Source: a virus
Lineage: Duplodnaviria > Caudoviricetes
IMG/VR virus record: IMGVR_UViG_3300032116_000009
Length of the DNA stretch: 64,000 nt
Direction: 5' to 3' (one strand)
The notes beneath the pieces are model-generated. The model saw only the letters and a program-made list of their open reading frames with translations. It made no database searches and was not told the DNA's origin. The translations under genes were made by a program, and so were the position numbers. Of this stretch, positions 8,379-16,917 are shown in pieces (within the stretch, counting starts at the first letter, position 1; every line of letters starts with the position of its first letter).

Positions 8379-8782
8379 AGATCATCCTCCGAACGATTTT
8401 CAGAATAATAAACATCAAAAGATCCCCCTGGATAACGTTTCTCAAGTTTAGTTACGTTACGAGCAACAACTTCATCAATAGTAACTTCAAGTGCCATGCA
8501 AGCTTGTGCAACATACCACATAATGTCACCAAGTTCAATAATCAAATGTTCTTTATTATCTACATTCCAGGGTTTACCTTGGAAAATCATTTTCTTAATA
8601 ATTTCCAAAAACTCACCACCTTCAGCATTGATACCAACACCAGCAGTAAGCAGTCGTTCAATATTGGCACCTTTTTCATCAAGTTCTACAAGACGATTGG
8701 AAAGGGCAAGGAAATCAGTAGATGCGTCGGAGGTTACTGCATCAACAAATTGTGTATATTTGTTAAAATCAACTTTACTCAT
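8375..8782 (-). CDS. mazG: MazG-family nucleoside triphosphate pyrophosphohydrolase
   Basis: Motif EGGEFLEIIKK...ELGDIMWYVAQAC...N..KLEKRYPGG; usual position after gp41 in cyanomyoviruses. Confidence 0.9.
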   Translation of the reverse strand: MSKVDFNKYTQFVDAVTSDASTDFLALSNRLVELDEKGANIERLLTAGVGINAEGGEFLEIIKKMIFQGKPWNVDNKEHLIIELGDIMWYVAQACMALEVTIDEVVARNVTKLEKRYPGGSFDVYYSENRSEDDL

Positions 8783-10164
8783 TAGAATTTAAATCCCTCG
8801 AATGATTTTTTAGGTCCAGTTTTCTTTTCCTCATAAGTATACTCCTCTTCTTGTCCAGAGTCAAGTATGTCAGCTTGAGCACTCTGTTCACAATCATAGA
8901 GTCGCATCTTTGCACGATCAATACCAACAACGAACCTTTTATTGATGGTAGGATCATTATAACGATTCTTCAATTGTTTCACCATAATCTGACCCAACTC
9001 TTCAAGTTCTTCAGTACCAATAAGAGCAAACATAAGGTCTGCAGTAGCAGGAAGACCGAAAGATTCGGAAGTATCAGTTAGTTCAACATCAGAAGATCCA
9101 TAACCACTTCTGGTAGTTTGTGTTGCACTCACAATAGGTAGATTGAACTCCACTGCAAGACCACGAAGTTCTTCGGCAATAGCTTTAATATAAGAATAAG
9201 AATTGACTGAAAGATTTCCCTTATACCTAGAAGAGGCACAAATATTAAGATAGTCAATAAAAATAATATCAGGTTTGAATGACTTCTTAAGAGCAAGTTC
9301 ATTCAACAATGATTTAAAGTGACCACTGTGAGCAGATGCAGTAGGATACTCTTTAATAATCAAAGTACCCTGAGTTTTCTTAGCAATATTACTAACTTTA
9401 TTCTCGAACATCTGACGAGGAAGATTAGTAATCTCTTGGATATTCACATTCAAAAGATTCGCATCAATCCTTTCCGCAATTCTCTCTTCAGCCATCTCCA
9501 TAGTAATATAGAGAACATTGCGACCTTGTAGGAGAGTAGAAGCAGCAAAGTGACACATGAATAGAGACTTACCAACACCAGTGCCTGCAAGAGCAATGTT
9601 GAGAGTTTTGTTAGGAAGACCACCCTTTGTAATACGGTTGAAGAATTCCAAATCGAAAGGAATTTTGTCTTCTTTCTGGTGGTAGAATTCATATCGTTCT
9701 TCATAATCATGAAGATAATCGTGACCTACGTTTGTATCAAAACTAACTGCAAGTGCATCGGAAAGAATAGATGGAATTGCATCTTTAGACTTCTTGGAAT
9801 CCTTACCATCAACGATCGCAATAGATTCCATCAATGCCAAATAAATGGCTTTATCACGACACCACTTTTCAGTAGTATCACACAACCAAGATGTATCTAG
9901 GAGAGATTCTTCGAGATTGAAAATATATTCAGTAACTTCTTTATACGAGTTTTCATTTAGATCAGTACGATTCTCAATCTCAACATGAAGAATTTCTTTT
10001 GTAGGAAGTTTATTATAATTAAAAATAAACTTACAGATCTCCTCAAAAACTACTCTCTCAGCGTAATCTGTAAAGTATTCAGTTCTGATGAAAGGCAAAA
10101 CCTTCCTAGAATATTCTTCATTAAATGCGAGACTCCTGAGAATAGTAGTTTCAACCCTTTCCAT
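8782..10164 (-). CDS. gp41: Replicative DNA helicase (T4 gp41)
   Basis: Walker A AGTGVGKS, plus IIKEYPT, DYLNIC and KQLKNRY. Likely start MERVE at 10164 (TAATG). Confidence 0.96.
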   Translation of the reverse strand: MERVETTILRSLAFNEEYSRKVLPFIRTEYFTDYAERVVFEEICKFIFNYNKLPTKEILHVEIENRTDLNENSYKEVTEYIFNLEESLLDTSWLCDTTEKWCRDKAIYLALMESIAIVDGKDSKKSKDAIPSILSDALAVSFDTNVGHDYLHDYEERYEFYHQKEDKIPFDLEFFNRITKGGLPNKTLNIALAGTGVGKSLFMCHFAASTLLQGRNVLYITMEMAEERIAERIDANLLNVNIQEITNLPRQMFENKVSNIAKKTQGTLIIKEYPTASAHSGHFKSLLNELALKKSFKPDIIFIDYLNICASSRYKGNLSVNSYSYIKAIAEELRGLAVEFNLPIVSATQTTRSGYGSSDVELTDTSESFGLPATADLMFALIGTEELEELGQIMVKQLKNRYNDPTINKRFVVGIDRAKMRLYDCEQSAQADILDSGQEEEYTYEEKKTGPKKSFEGFKF

Positions 10165-10703
10165 TAGTAATAGTGACAATAAGTGGACATAATATACTTG
10201 ACTCCTTTATTGACTCGCAATCCCGCATGAGGGTACTGCCAAGTAGGAGGAAACACCATAACTGATCCTTGTTTAGGAACAATCTTTTTATTGTGATGAG
10301 GAAACTCAGTTTCACCACCAGTGAAATCATCATTCAGATAATACAAGAAAGCTAGATATCTTCTTGCAGATGCGTGATCTTCAACATCAACATGAATATC
10401 AAACCTATCATGACTTCTGGAATGATATTTCTTAATACGAAACTCTTCTAGAAAGAGTCGTGGTGGATACCATCTAGTGTAATCCGAGAACTCTTTTTTG
10501 TAAAGGTTAAGTACACCCATAGTAACTTGAGATAGTTGTTTAGCACTATCTGGATGTTTTTGATTAATATTCAATTGTGTAAAATTAGGGGTTCCTTTGT
10601 TATTAACGATTTCTTTATATCCACTAAGATCAAAGAGATCAATCAAGGTCTTACATGTTTCTTGGGGTAGAACATTTTCATAGACCTTGATAAAATCATC
10701 CAT
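10164..10703 (-). CDS. 2OG-Fe(II) oxygenase (prolyl-4-hydroxylase-like)
   Basis: HVD...YLNDDFTGGETEF...PPTWQYPHAG...KY; likely start MDDFIK at 10703. Confidence 0.85.
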   Translation of the reverse strand: MDDFIKVYENVLPQETCKTLIDLFDLSGYKEIVNNKGTPNFTQLNINQKHPDSAKQLSQVTMGVLNLYKKEFSDYTRWYPPRLFLEEFRIKKYHSRSHDRFDIHVDVEDHASARRYLAFLYYLNDDFTGGETEFPHHNKKIVPKQGSVMVFPPTWQYPHAGLRVNKGVKYIMSTYCHYY

Positions 10704-11697
10704 AACAAAACTCTTTCTGAGCAATCTCATCTAAAGCCTGCATTACTTCTGGAGTAAAATATTCTTCTGGATTTGCAAGGATTTGTTTTGCGTAAATCTT
10801 TTTACCATCCATCTCGTAACGACCCGCAACATTTTTCCAGAGTCCGCCGAGTTCCCCGAGTTCCAGAAGACCATAATAACGATCAAGACCGCGCTCATCA
10901 TAAAATAGACGGATTTCAACGTCTTTGTTCTCCTTACTCAAACGAGATTTAGCAGTCTTAGCTTTGATAATGTTTCCAACGACTTCTGTTCCATCCTTCT
11001 CTTTTTTCTTTGAGAGATAAATGATAGTAGAAGCGGCGTACTTAAGACCACTACCACCACCCATCTCTTTAGTAGGAACGTAAGCACCGATGACATCATA
11101 AGTGTGATTAGTAACTAACATTGGAATATTAGCTTGTCCGAGTTTGAGAGTGATCATACGGAAAGCACCTTTGACCAGTTGAGATTTGGTCATGTCACGA
11201 ACTTGTTTATCGTTCAGTGCATCAGTAATTTCTTTCTCAGTGGAAAGCATCCCCAGAGAGTCTAACACAAACATACACGGTTTACGTTCTCCTTCAGGTT
11301 TTTTTAAGTATAGGTCTACTGCTTTGAGAGCCTTTCCACGAAATTCCTCTACGGTGACAACATTAACCACGACAAGACGTGATGTGTCGATGCCGCGTGA
11401 CTCCACGAGAGATTTAGTAATGGCAGCCTCAGTATCAAAGTAGAGACAATAACCATCGGGGTTAGTATCAAGAAAATTCTTAACCACAGCGAGAGAGAAG
11501 AAAGTTTTTCCAGTAGAAGACTCTCCAGCAATAGCAGTAATCTTATTCCCAGATACACCACCAAATATGCTACCTGAAACCAGTGCATTAAAAACGTATG
11601 AACCCGTGTCAACATAAGTTTCTGTTTCATCAATGTCTGAAGCAAGTTTGGTGTACTCGCCTCCAATTTCTTTTACGATATCTTTAAGAAAATCCAT
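10696..11697 (-). CDS. uvsX: RecA-like recombinase UvsX
   Basis: GESSTGKT, YFDTEAA, DSLGMLST and MGGGSGLKYAAS motifs. Confidence 0.96.
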   Translation of the reverse strand: MDFLKDIVKEIGGEYTKLASDIDETETYVDTGSYVFNALVSGSIFGGVSGNKITAIAGESSTGKTFFSLAVVKNFLDTNPDGYCLYFDTEAAITKSLVESRGIDTSRLVVVNVVTVEEFRGKALKAVDLYLKKPEGERKPCMFVLDSLGMLSTEKEITDALNDKQVRDMTKSQLVKGAFRMITLKLGQANIPMLVTNHTYDVIGAYVPTKEMGGGSGLKYAASTIIYLSKKKEKDGTEVVGNIIKAKTAKSRLSKENKDVEIRLFYDERGLDRYYGLLELGELGGLWKNVAGRYEMDGKKIYAKQILANPEEYFTPEVMQALDEIAQKEFCYG

Positions 11698-11861
11698 CAA
11701 GCTACCATCCCATATTCTTCACGTAGAATTTTTTTATAAGGAAGACCCTGTTCTCTGAGTTCCTTTACTAGTTTAAGTTTTTGAAACAATGCAACATCTC
11801 CACCCAGAGACATGGCTTTAATAATAGTATTCAGTTCTTCGTCATTGATAGGTAGATCCAT
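11697..11861 (-). CDS. Small hypothetical protein (54 aa), below the ORF-track cutoff
   Basis: Hand translation MDLPINDEELNTIIKAMSLGGDVALFQKLKLVKELREQGLPYKKILREEYGMVA; TGATG overlap with uvsX; GGAGG upstream. Confidence 0.7.
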   Translation of the reverse strand: MDLPINDEELNTIIKAMSLGGDVALFQKLKLVKELREQGLPYKKILREEYGMVA

Positions 11862-12023
11862 TCATTCCTCCAAATTTTTTGACTCTGTGCAGATAACCCA
11901 ATTATACTTCTTTTTTAGTTCGTTTGCAAACCAATATGCAGTGGAAGCCGTCTCAAACAGTTTCCTATTTTTAACAGGAGACAATTCTCCAGGTTCAGCC
12001 CAAACCACTACATATTTACTCAT
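11862..12023 (-). CDS. Small hypothetical protein (53 aa), below the ORF-track cutoff
   Basis: Hand translation MSKYVVVWAEPGELSPVKNRKLFETASTAYWFANELKKKYNWVICTESKNLEE; ATGA overlap with the gp43 stop. Confidence 0.65.
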   Translation of the reverse strand: MSKYVVVWAEPGELSPVKNRKLFETASTAYWFANELKKKYNWVICTESKNLEE

Positions 12024-14518
12024 GAGAAAAAACTATCCAAACTGATTGATTTTTCCACAGACCATCCAATAGAATCAAGAATAATTTTCATTGGTTCCAC
12101 GAAAGATTTATTGAACTGAGTATCATAATCGACATATTTTTCCAATCCAAGTTCTCTGGGAAAGTCTTGAATGAATCCAAGAACATTTTCTTGAATTGGA
12201 TTAGGGATCTTCAAATAAAGAAATTTAATCTTTTCTCCACTTTGAATTGCTGGATACTTTTTATCAAGTCCAGCCTTCTTAGTATAATGATTGTAAAGAA
12301 TTGCACCTCTTACATGAAATGGTACACCTTTATTATACATGTGTGTCTTTGATACCCACTTATTAATTTCAGAAACACTGCGAGGGAAAGCAATCTCTTC
12401 TGGTTGAAGTGATTTAAATTTCTTGCGAGCTTCCTCAATAAACTCAATTACATCATCTTCCCCCTTGGTCATAACGATATTGATTGCATCTTTAATCATC
12501 TTCCTACAAGGTGCAGGAGTAGATGTTTTGATGGCTTCAATACCCATCATCTTCAGTTTAGGTTCTTGATATCGAACACCTTCAGAGTCCCACACTCGAA
12601 GAATATAACGTTTTTTACCAGTCCAGATTCCACGTTCCGCGATGTTCTCGCGTTTCATGTACATCTTCTGATCATAAGCATTCAGGTAGTCGGCCAGTTC
12701 TTGGTAAGAACTTTCAATATACTTTTCAAGTTCCAAGTTACAGACCTTATCAAGGAAATTGACAACTTCATCAGTAGTTTTCTCTCTCCCTTTGAATACA
12801 GCATCAACAAAAGGACCCATATTAATATAAATGGAGTCGGTATCCATAGCAATGACATAATCAACCTCCTCAGTTTTGAGAACCTTATTCATATAAGAAT
12901 TCATCTTTTCTTCAATCCATTGGATGGCTACTTGACCAGATAGAGTAATCGCTTCCGCATTTGCAAGTTTATAGTAACGGAAGTATTCATTACCGATGGC
13001 ACCATAAGCAGAGTTAAGTGCGATCTTTTTAGCCATCTGAATATTATCACAACGAGAAATCTCTTTTTCCAATTCTTTGGTTGGAGTTTTCTCGTAGGCT
13101 TTTTTAGCCTCAATCATCTTCTTTTTGAAGATGACTCGTTCATTATACATCTTCTCCATAAGTTCAGGAAGGAACCCACGAATATCTTTACGGTACATTG
13201 CACCGTTGGCACACACAGCATAATTCTTATACATCTCAAACGTCAGTTCTTTTTTAAGAACCTTATCCACAGTCACACTGGGATGACGATTATCCAAAAG
13301 AGTTTCTGGACTGATGTTGTATTGCATAATGAGGTGTGGATACAGTGAGTTCAAGTCAAAGTTCACCACCCAATCATATGCACCAGGAACTGGTTCCTTA
13401 ACATATGCACCAGCATATTTCTCATCCTTAGTATTACGTTCCTTTTGAGGAATCACAATATTCTTTTTGAGGAGATAGTTGTAGATAATTGCATCCCAAG
13501 TACGAACTTGATAAGCAATATCATTAAAGTTTACCTTTGCGTCAAATGCACGAGTGAAACAGAGATCAATCAACTTGAGTTTATCCTCAAGTCGGTCTAC
13601 TAGTTCTACGTCAACAATGTTGTACTCTACAAATTTTTGCCAATTATTTGTATAGAAATCACGAAAAGTATCAAACTCCGAGTGGTCCAACTTATTCTGA
13701 GACAACTCCATAAAAGCAATGTGATCGAGTCGATAACTTTCCTGGTTAGGAGTTGCAGGAGACTTCTTATAAAGATCCAGATAGTCAATGATTGACACTC
13801 CAGCAATCTCGCAACTCAATTGTTTGCGACCCGAAATCTGTACTTCTTTGACCTTTACAATGTTCCATGGAGAGAATTTTTTAGCAACTTTTTCTCCCAT
13901 CAATCGTGTAATGCGACCAATCAGATATGGAATATCATAGAGCTCGCAGTTCCATCCAGTAATTACTTCAGGAGTATTGTTCTGCCACCAATCCATAAAG
14001 GTATTGATGAGAGAGTACTCATCTTTACAGTAAATGTACTTTACATTTTGTTGAGCAACTTGTGCAGGACGAGATCCAAATGTAGTAATTTGTTTAGTAT
14101 TATAGTCTTGTACTGTAACCAAAAGAAGTTCCTCGGCACAATTAAAGACATCAGGAAATCCACTTTCAGCAGCAACCTCAATGTCAATTGTTACAAGTTT
14201 GATCTTGTTGATATCAAACTTGATTTCATCTTCTGGATACTTTTCTGCGATGTATTGGTAAATGAATCTATCATTTCCAAAAACTTTGAATCCATTCACA
14301 CCTTCATACTTTTCCAAGAAGTCTTTACAATCTCGGATAGTTCCAGGACGAATAGGTTCAACATTTATACCATCAAGAGTTTTATACTTACTTTCTTTCT
14401 TTGATGGAACATAGAATGTGGGATAGAATTCTTCCCTATTTGTAAAATGTTTTCCGTTTTCATAACCTCGGACAAGGATATCATTACCTAGTTGAAAGAC
14501 ATTCGTGTAAAACTTCAT
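12020..14518 (-). CDS. gp43: Family B DNA polymerase (T4 gp43)
   Basis: Exonuclease DIEV and GWN motifs; polymerase motifs DLNSLYP, KIALNSAYG and DTDS. Confidence 0.98.
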   Translation of the reverse strand: MKFYTNVFQLGNDILVRGYENGKHFTNREEFYPTFYVPSKKESKYKTLDGINVEPIRPGTIRDCKDFLEKYEGVNGFKVFGNDRFIYQYIAEKYPEDEIKFDINKIKLVTIDIEVAAESGFPDVFNCAEELLLVTVQDYNTKQITTFGSRPAQVAQQNVKYIYCKDEYSLINTFMDWWQNNTPEVITGWNCELYDIPYLIGRITRLMGEKVAKKFSPWNIVKVKEVQISGRKQLSCEIAGVSIIDYLDLYKKSPATPNQESYRLDHIAFMELSQNKLDHSEFDTFRDFYTNNWQKFVEYNIVDVELVDRLEDKLKLIDLCFTRAFDAKVNFNDIAYQVRTWDAIIYNYLLKKNIVIPQKERNTKDEKYAGAYVKEPVPGAYDWVVNFDLNSLYPHLIMQYNISPETLLDNRHPSVTVDKVLKKELTFEMYKNYAVCANGAMYRKDIRGFLPELMEKMYNERVIFKKKMIEAKKAYEKTPTKELEKEISRCDNIQMAKKIALNSAYGAIGNEYFRYYKLANAEAITLSGQVAIQWIEEKMNSYMNKVLKTEEVDYVIAMDTDSIYINMGPFVDAVFKGREKTTDEVVNFLDKVCNLELEKYIESSYQELADYLNAYDQKMYMKRENIAERGIWTGKKRYILRVWDSEGVRYQEPKLKMMGIEAIKTSTPAPCRKMIKDAINIVMTKGEDDVIEFIEEARKKFKSLQPEEIAFPRSVSEINKWVSKTHMYNKGVPFHVRGAILYNHYTKKAGLDKKYPAIQSGEKIKFLYLKIPNPIQENVLGFIQDFPRELGLEKYVDYDTQFNKSFVEPMKIILDSIGWSVEKSISLDSFFS

Positions 14519-14769
14519 TGAATAAGAGTCAAATAATCATTAAGTAGAGGGGTTTTTGGATCAACCAGAGTTAAAATTTTATCTGAAGAGATCATTATGG
14601 AATCAGTTGAATCAGTCAACTCATATAGCCATGGCGTAAGTTTTCCATCAAAAATTTGATAGGGATTAATTAGTTTACAATCAGGTTCTCCTAGTTCGGA
14701 TACAACTGCACTTATTTTTGAAATTAAGATAGTTCCACTCACTAAAACAAGAACTTGTATATCATCCAT
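14515..14769 (-). CDS. Conserved small hypothetical protein (Sm-like fold candidate)
   Basis: Likely start MDDIQV at 14769; motif VLVSG..LI...KLINPY. Confidence 0.7.
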   Translation of the reverse strand: MDDIQVLVLVSGTILISKISAVVSELGEPDCKLINPYQIFDGKLTPWLYELTDSTDSIMISSDKILTLVDPKTPLLNDYLTLIQ

Positions 14770-15193
14770 TTTTTTCTTCCACAATTACTTCGAAATTTTC
14801 AATAAGAGTTTCTTGTTGATCTAGTTCATCAGAGTCATCGAAATCATCAAAATCATCATACTCATCAAAATCATCCTCATCCTCTACATCTCCACTCATT
14901 CTCATTAAATAAGAATTTTTAACCATCTCATGAGCTTCTACTACACAAACTACCCAAGAAGGATCGATAGCAATAGTTTTGTCTGAGGACAGAACAATCC
15001 ATGGATAAAAAGAAACTTTTTGTTCTTTTTCTACTTCACCATTACTCTCGAATAATACTTTAGGTGTAAGCAAATTGACCACATAGGGGTTTTCGAAAAC
15101 TAAAGAGACTACTTTCTCATTAGAATCAACTAGTTCTTTAATATCAGCTATTACATGTTCTCCAGATTTGAGAACAGCCAGTTTTACAGACAT
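14762..15193 (-). CDS. Conserved hypothetical protein with acidic tail (Sm-like fold candidate)
   Basis: Likely start MSVKLAVLKSGEHVIA at 15193 (GGAG RBS), downstream of a sigma70 promoter. Confidence 0.75.
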   Translation of the reverse strand: MSVKLAVLKSGEHVIADIKELVDSNEKVVSLVFENPYVVNLLTPKVLFESNGEVEKEQKVSFYPWIVLSSDKTIAIDPSWVVCVVEAHEMVKNSYLMRMSGDVEDEDDFDEYDDFDDFDDSDELDQQETLIENFEVIVEEKNG

Positions 15194-15214
15194 ACTCACT
15201 CCAAGTTTAAAGCC

Positions 15215-15243
15215 AAGATACCACAAAAAAATGGGGGTGTCAA
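15215..15243 (-). promoter_or_regulatory. Sigma70-type early promoter
   Basis: TTGACA, 17-nt spacer, TATCTT with an upstream TG; overlaps the terminator. Probably drives the gp43-uvsX-gp41 operon. Confidence 0.75.
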
Positions 15244-15267
15244 CTGGATTTTGCCAGTTAACCCCCA
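15225..15267 (-). terminator. Rho-independent terminator
   Basis: Long interrupted GC-rich inverted repeat followed by U7 on the minus strand. Confidence 0.7.
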
Positions 15268-15290
15268 GCGCCGACGATATTCAAAAATAT

Positions 15291-15479
15291 TTAGGCGCCA
15301 TCACCATCTGCGGAATTACCACTCCCACCACCGCCTGGATTCTTAGGCATAGCTTTTCCTGCAGGGACTACTTTTGATTTTCCAGTCAACGGATTGTAGA
15401 TTTTATGCCTAACGGCAGCGGGGTAGGAAATCTGTTTAATGTTTCCGACTTGTTCTAAGAACTGCTTAAAGGATTTCAT
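15291..15479 (-). CDS. Small protein with MKSFKQFLE leader
   Basis: 62-aa ORF overlapping the last 14 nt of hsp20; same leader motif as other ORFs. Confidence 0.65.
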   Translation of the reverse strand: MKSFKQFLEQVGNIKQISYPAAVRHKIYNPLTGKSKVVPAGKAMPKNPGGGGSGNSADGDGA

Positions 15480-15903
15480 ACACCTTTCGTTTCTGATGTT
15501 CAGGAATAATCCTATTTAGTTTGACATGGAGTAGACCATCTTCAAACTTTACATCAGATACCTTAACATCGTCGGATAGTGTCCAGGTTCTCGTAAAGGC
15601 CCTCTTTGCCAGACCATTGTGAAGATATTCACCTACTTCTGAAGTTTCTGCCTTCTTCGCTTCAACGAAGAGTTTATTCCATTCGGTAAAAACTTCAATA
15701 TCTTCTCGTTTGTATCCAGCAAGAGCGATCTCAATACGATACTCTGTCTCACTTTCCTTAATCACATTGTATGGTGGGTAGTTATTATAGGACTCATGTG
15801 TAGCCCCGAAGCGATTAAACCACTCATCCATTCCAATACTATACTTCTCAATATCATTTAGAAATTTGTCAATGTTAGCCGTGTTGTACTTAGCGAGTAA
15901 CAT
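15466..15903 (-). CDS. hsp20: Small heat-shock protein (Hsp20/alpha-crystallin domain)
   Basis: NYPPYNVIK, EIALAG, YLHNGLAKRAF and GLLHVKL motifs; AAGGAGG RBS. Confidence 0.95.
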   Translation of the reverse strand: MLLAKYNTANIDKFLNDIEKYSIGMDEWFNRFGATHESYNNYPPYNVIKESETEYRIEIALAGYKREDIEVFTEWNKLFVEAKKAETSEVGEYLHNGLAKRAFTRTWTLSDDVKVSDVKFEDGLLHVKLNRIIPEHQKRKVYEIL

Positions 15904-16014
15904 GATAGACCTCCTTAAGCGTCTGTTAGGTTGTATTACGGATCCGAAGACTCCGCTTTAGAGTATGGGCAGTCATATGACCTTTACCCATCATCATTAT
16001 ATATCTAAAAACAT

Positions 16015-16043
16015 AAAAAATGGTACGGAGTAAAACCGTACCA
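16015..16043 (-). terminator. Rho-independent terminator, possibly bidirectional
   Basis: UGGUACGG-UUUUACU-CCGUACCA-UUUUUU on the minus strand; T4 follows the stem on the plus strand. Confidence 0.8.
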
Positions 16044-16095
16044 TTTTGGGTATGTTCCGAACTTTGTAGAGACCGCACGAAAAGTCGCTACAGAG
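16015..16095 (-). ncRNA. Candidate ~80-nt small RNA (late promoter, hairpin, terminator)
   Basis: ATAAATA at 16097-16103, a 14-bp imperfect stem at 16060-16097, then a terminator; no ORF in the interval. Not experimentally supported. Confidence 0.35.
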
Positions 16096-16096
16096 T

Positions 16097-16103
16097 TATT
16101 TAT
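16097..16103 (-). promoter_or_regulatory. Late promoter ATAAATA
   Basis: tatttat overlapping the regA stop codon. Confidence 0.55.
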
Positions 16104-16531
16104 GATTCTGGTTTTTTCTTCTTTCCAATATTATACTTACTTTCCAAAATCCAGTCATTCTTGTCTTTATAGGACAAGACTTTGATCTGATTCAAAGGTG
16201 CTACATCAGTAACAAAATCGGGTTTAGTGATTGTAATTAAACCCCAATCAGAAAGAAGATTGATAATACGATTTCTACGTTGAACATCATTCACCGTAAG
16301 ATTTGCATGTTTACCATCAAGAGCAAACAGTTCTTTAAAGTGAACAATGTAATAACGGCCCTGTTTATGAAGAATGTGACAGGACTGATAAATTTTCTTT
16401 TCCTTGCGCGAGGCAACACCGATACGAGTGAGTGTCTCACGGACTTTCAAGAAATCGTCTGGTTCATTCAGAACCACTTCCACCATTTGATCTTGTGACC
16501 AATTGACTTCTGGTTCAACAAAGGTACTCAT
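16100..16531 (-). CDS. regA: Translational repressor RegA
   Basis: DDFLKVRETLTRIG, LYQSCHILHKQGRYYIVHFKELF-type motif; position after gp62. Confidence 0.96.
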   Translation of the reverse strand: MSTFVEPEVNWSQDQMVEVVLNEPDDFLKVRETLTRIGVASRKEKKIYQSCHILHKQGRYYIVHFKELFALDGKHANLTVNDVQRRNRIINLLSDWGLITITKPDFVTDVAPLNQIKVLSYKDKNDWILESKYNIGKKKKPES

Positions 16532-16917
16532 CTTTTGCCTCCGACATCAAGTTTAGATTTAATATAGTTAATTTGGTCTTTTGTTAGAATTTTCAATGCT
16601 TGTTGGGCCTTCTCATTACTATAGCCATAGTATGATTTGACTGCATCAAGATCTTGAATTTTCTCTTTTTTAAGCCACGGAGAAAATCTTTTCCGTTTCC
16701 TGACACTATTTAGTAAAAAATCATATTGAAGTCTAGAAGTCAGTTGATGATTGAGATTCATCTCATTTGCAAACATAACCGTATCAATGTGACCTGAAAG
16801 ACATTTATTCACAACAAATGCTGGATACTTCTTTTCCCATTGAGGATCTCCACCATCCATCAAATAATCTTTTGTGAAGTTAATGGAATTTAGATAGTCT
16901 TTTAGTTCGTAACTCAT
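16528..16917 (-). CDS. gp62: Clamp loader small subunit (T4 gp62)
   Basis: FANEMN, QYDFLLNSVRKRKRFSPW and YYGYSNEKA motifs; directly upstream of regA. Confidence 0.92.
   Translation of the reverse strand: MSYELKDYLNSINFTKDYLMDGGDPQWEKKYPAFVVNKCLSGHIDTVMFANEMNLNHQLTSRLQYDFLLNSVRKRKRFSPWLKKEKIQDLDAVKSYYGYSNEKAQQALKILTKDQINYIKSKLDVGGKR

Noticed and set aside
13820-14404. 194-aa plus-strand ORF inside gp43, and similar ORFs at 28237..28860 and 54456..55220
   Set aside because: Each is fully antisense to a conserved gene; the translations are low-complexity mirror products.
15904-16099. tRNA or other known structured RNA gene in the largest intergenic gap
   Set aside because: No cloverleaf, T-loop (GTTCRA) or acceptor stem is present; only the hairpins reported above.
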